DNA from: Tubiluchus corallicola
Taxonomy: Eukaryota; Animalia; Priapulida
Direction of reading: 5' to 3'
Length of the DNA: 64,000 nt
Assembly: GCA_030141605.1 (NCBI GenBank)
Contig: JAQGDQ010000180.1
Span: 310,001-374,000 of the forward strand
The notes under the pieces are model-generated. The model was not told the DNA's origin. It did no database searches and worked only from the letters and a program-made list of their open reading frames with translations. Below, one piece after another: positions 62,860 through 64,000 of this stretch (the first letter of the stretch is position 1; each line of letters opens with the position of its first letter). The translations under genes and the position numbers were made by a program.

Positions 62860-62956
62860 TCATCAAACGCCGGTTGATTATTGGTTGAACGCGTCCGAGT
62901 ATCTATGGAAACAAGAAATAGCTGACCAAAGAGAAATGTTTGAGCAATTGGCAATG
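62860..62956 (+). CDS. Chitin deacetylase-like protein, exon 6 (gene continues beyond the window)
   Basis: ttttgtttcAG|T CAT...ATG|GTAAAA; (S)HQTPVDYWLNASEYLWKQEIADQREMFEQLAM matches the H....YW..A....W..E....R..I...A CDA segment. Confidence 0.9.
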
Positions 62957-63124
62957 GTAAAAATGTTTTTATCTGTAGAACAACAGTTAGTTATTATAAC
63001 AGTTAGTCGTGAATTATTTCAATACGAGAGCAGAGAGAAAAGAATACGCATATTGTTTATAGCAGCAGTGTACGGTCACCTTAAGCATTCTCGTATTTGG
63101 ATGACAAACTGTATTTATATTTAA

Positions 63125-63668
63125 TGGAAAACCGGATGATTGTGTAAACATGAGTTCAGAATAAAGAATGCTCTAAAATATTGAAAACTATAATAGCTTT
63201 TTTAAATCAAAGCATAGAATAAATAATAATTACCTGGCATACTCAAATTTTGTTAAACTTTCAAAGCTACGCGCGGCTCAGTGAATCTACTAAGATTGGC
63301 AACGGCGCCTTTTTGTCACAATCGCGTGGCCGACAAATAGAAGGCGGTACCATAACAAGCATGATCATGAACTGCAGTGTTAGTTTCGGACCGTCATATG
63401 ACGTAAAACCCATTTTTGTGACATCATGCTTTTAAACAGTACAGTAACACCTATGCAAATGTGCTTGACGCGCAAGGGAAGACGTCTGCCATTGCACAAA
63501 CTGTGGTGTCTGACGTAAGCAATAGCTGTATTCGGCTGCCGCTAATTAACTTTCCAAGCTAATTATTCAAATATAAGAAGCAACTGTTAAATTTTATAGG
63601 CAAGAAAGTGTAGATTTTGGACAGTAAATTAAAATGAGATTGAGTCTAAACAATCGTCCTGTCTTCCG
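63125..63668 (+). mobile_element. Kolobok-like MITE family C copy 2
   Basis: Colinear with 15262-15804; termini slightly degenerate. Confidence 0.75.
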
Positions 63669-63924
63669 TTAGACAAAATCAATCAACGGGTATAATGGAT
63701 AACCAAGTCTTTGCCAATAAGAGAAAATTGCATCAGAGTTCGTCTATTTTTAAGTTACCTTTAAAAGTTGTAGCATATTGAAGAACTGAGTCATTTCATG
63801 CTGATTTTTGGTTAAGTACATCAATGTTTAACTTCCATATTAAAACAAATAGCACGTGGCGCCATCAATTGAGAAAAAAACGAGAAAATGACTCACGGCA
63901 GTAAAAATAATAAAATATTAGGAA

Positions 63925-64000
63925 GGAGTTTACAGTTCCTCACACAGCTTAAATACCACAACACTAACCCTACCCCTAATTAACCCTAACCTCAACCCCC
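63925..64000. repeat. Start of a second TIR element with a degenerate (CCCTAA)n core
   Basis: gagtttacagttcctcacacagcttaaatacc...ctaaccct resembles 19417-19460. Confidence 0.5.

Overview
AT-rich, repeat-dense genomic DNA of an invertebrate animal with spliceosomal GT-AG introns. The ORF track misses most of the genes because their exons are short, so they were assembled by hand. Four protein-coding genes are present. (1) A complete eclosion-hormone (EH) neuropeptide precursor on + (coding exons 11246-11379 and 17219-17330; 81 aa; signal peptide plus 6-Cys EH motif). (2) A GT11 alpha-1,2-fucosyltransferase with an uninterrupted CDS on - (27078-28079). (3) A complete 5-exon TMEM18 on - (38182..28515) whose stop codon lies only 435 nt upstream of the fucosyltransferase ATG. 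(4) The 5' part of a secreted CBM14 + LDLa + chitin-deacetylase-like (Serpentine/Vermiform-type architecture) gene on + (40792 to beyond the window end) whose catalytic motifs are degenerate, so it is probably a pseudo-enzyme. The rest is TTAA-flanked Kolobok-like MITEs (3 families), hAT MITEs (including a triple-nested set with visible TSDs), Harbinger-like and Tc1/mariner-like MITEs, Helentron-like elements, LINE remnants, a tRNA-derived MetaSINE-like element, Penelope-type minimal hammerhead ribozyme motifs, and many micro- and minisatellites. One of these, a 57-bp array in the EH intron, is built from nuclear-receptor half-sites. The species cannot be determined from the sequence alone.
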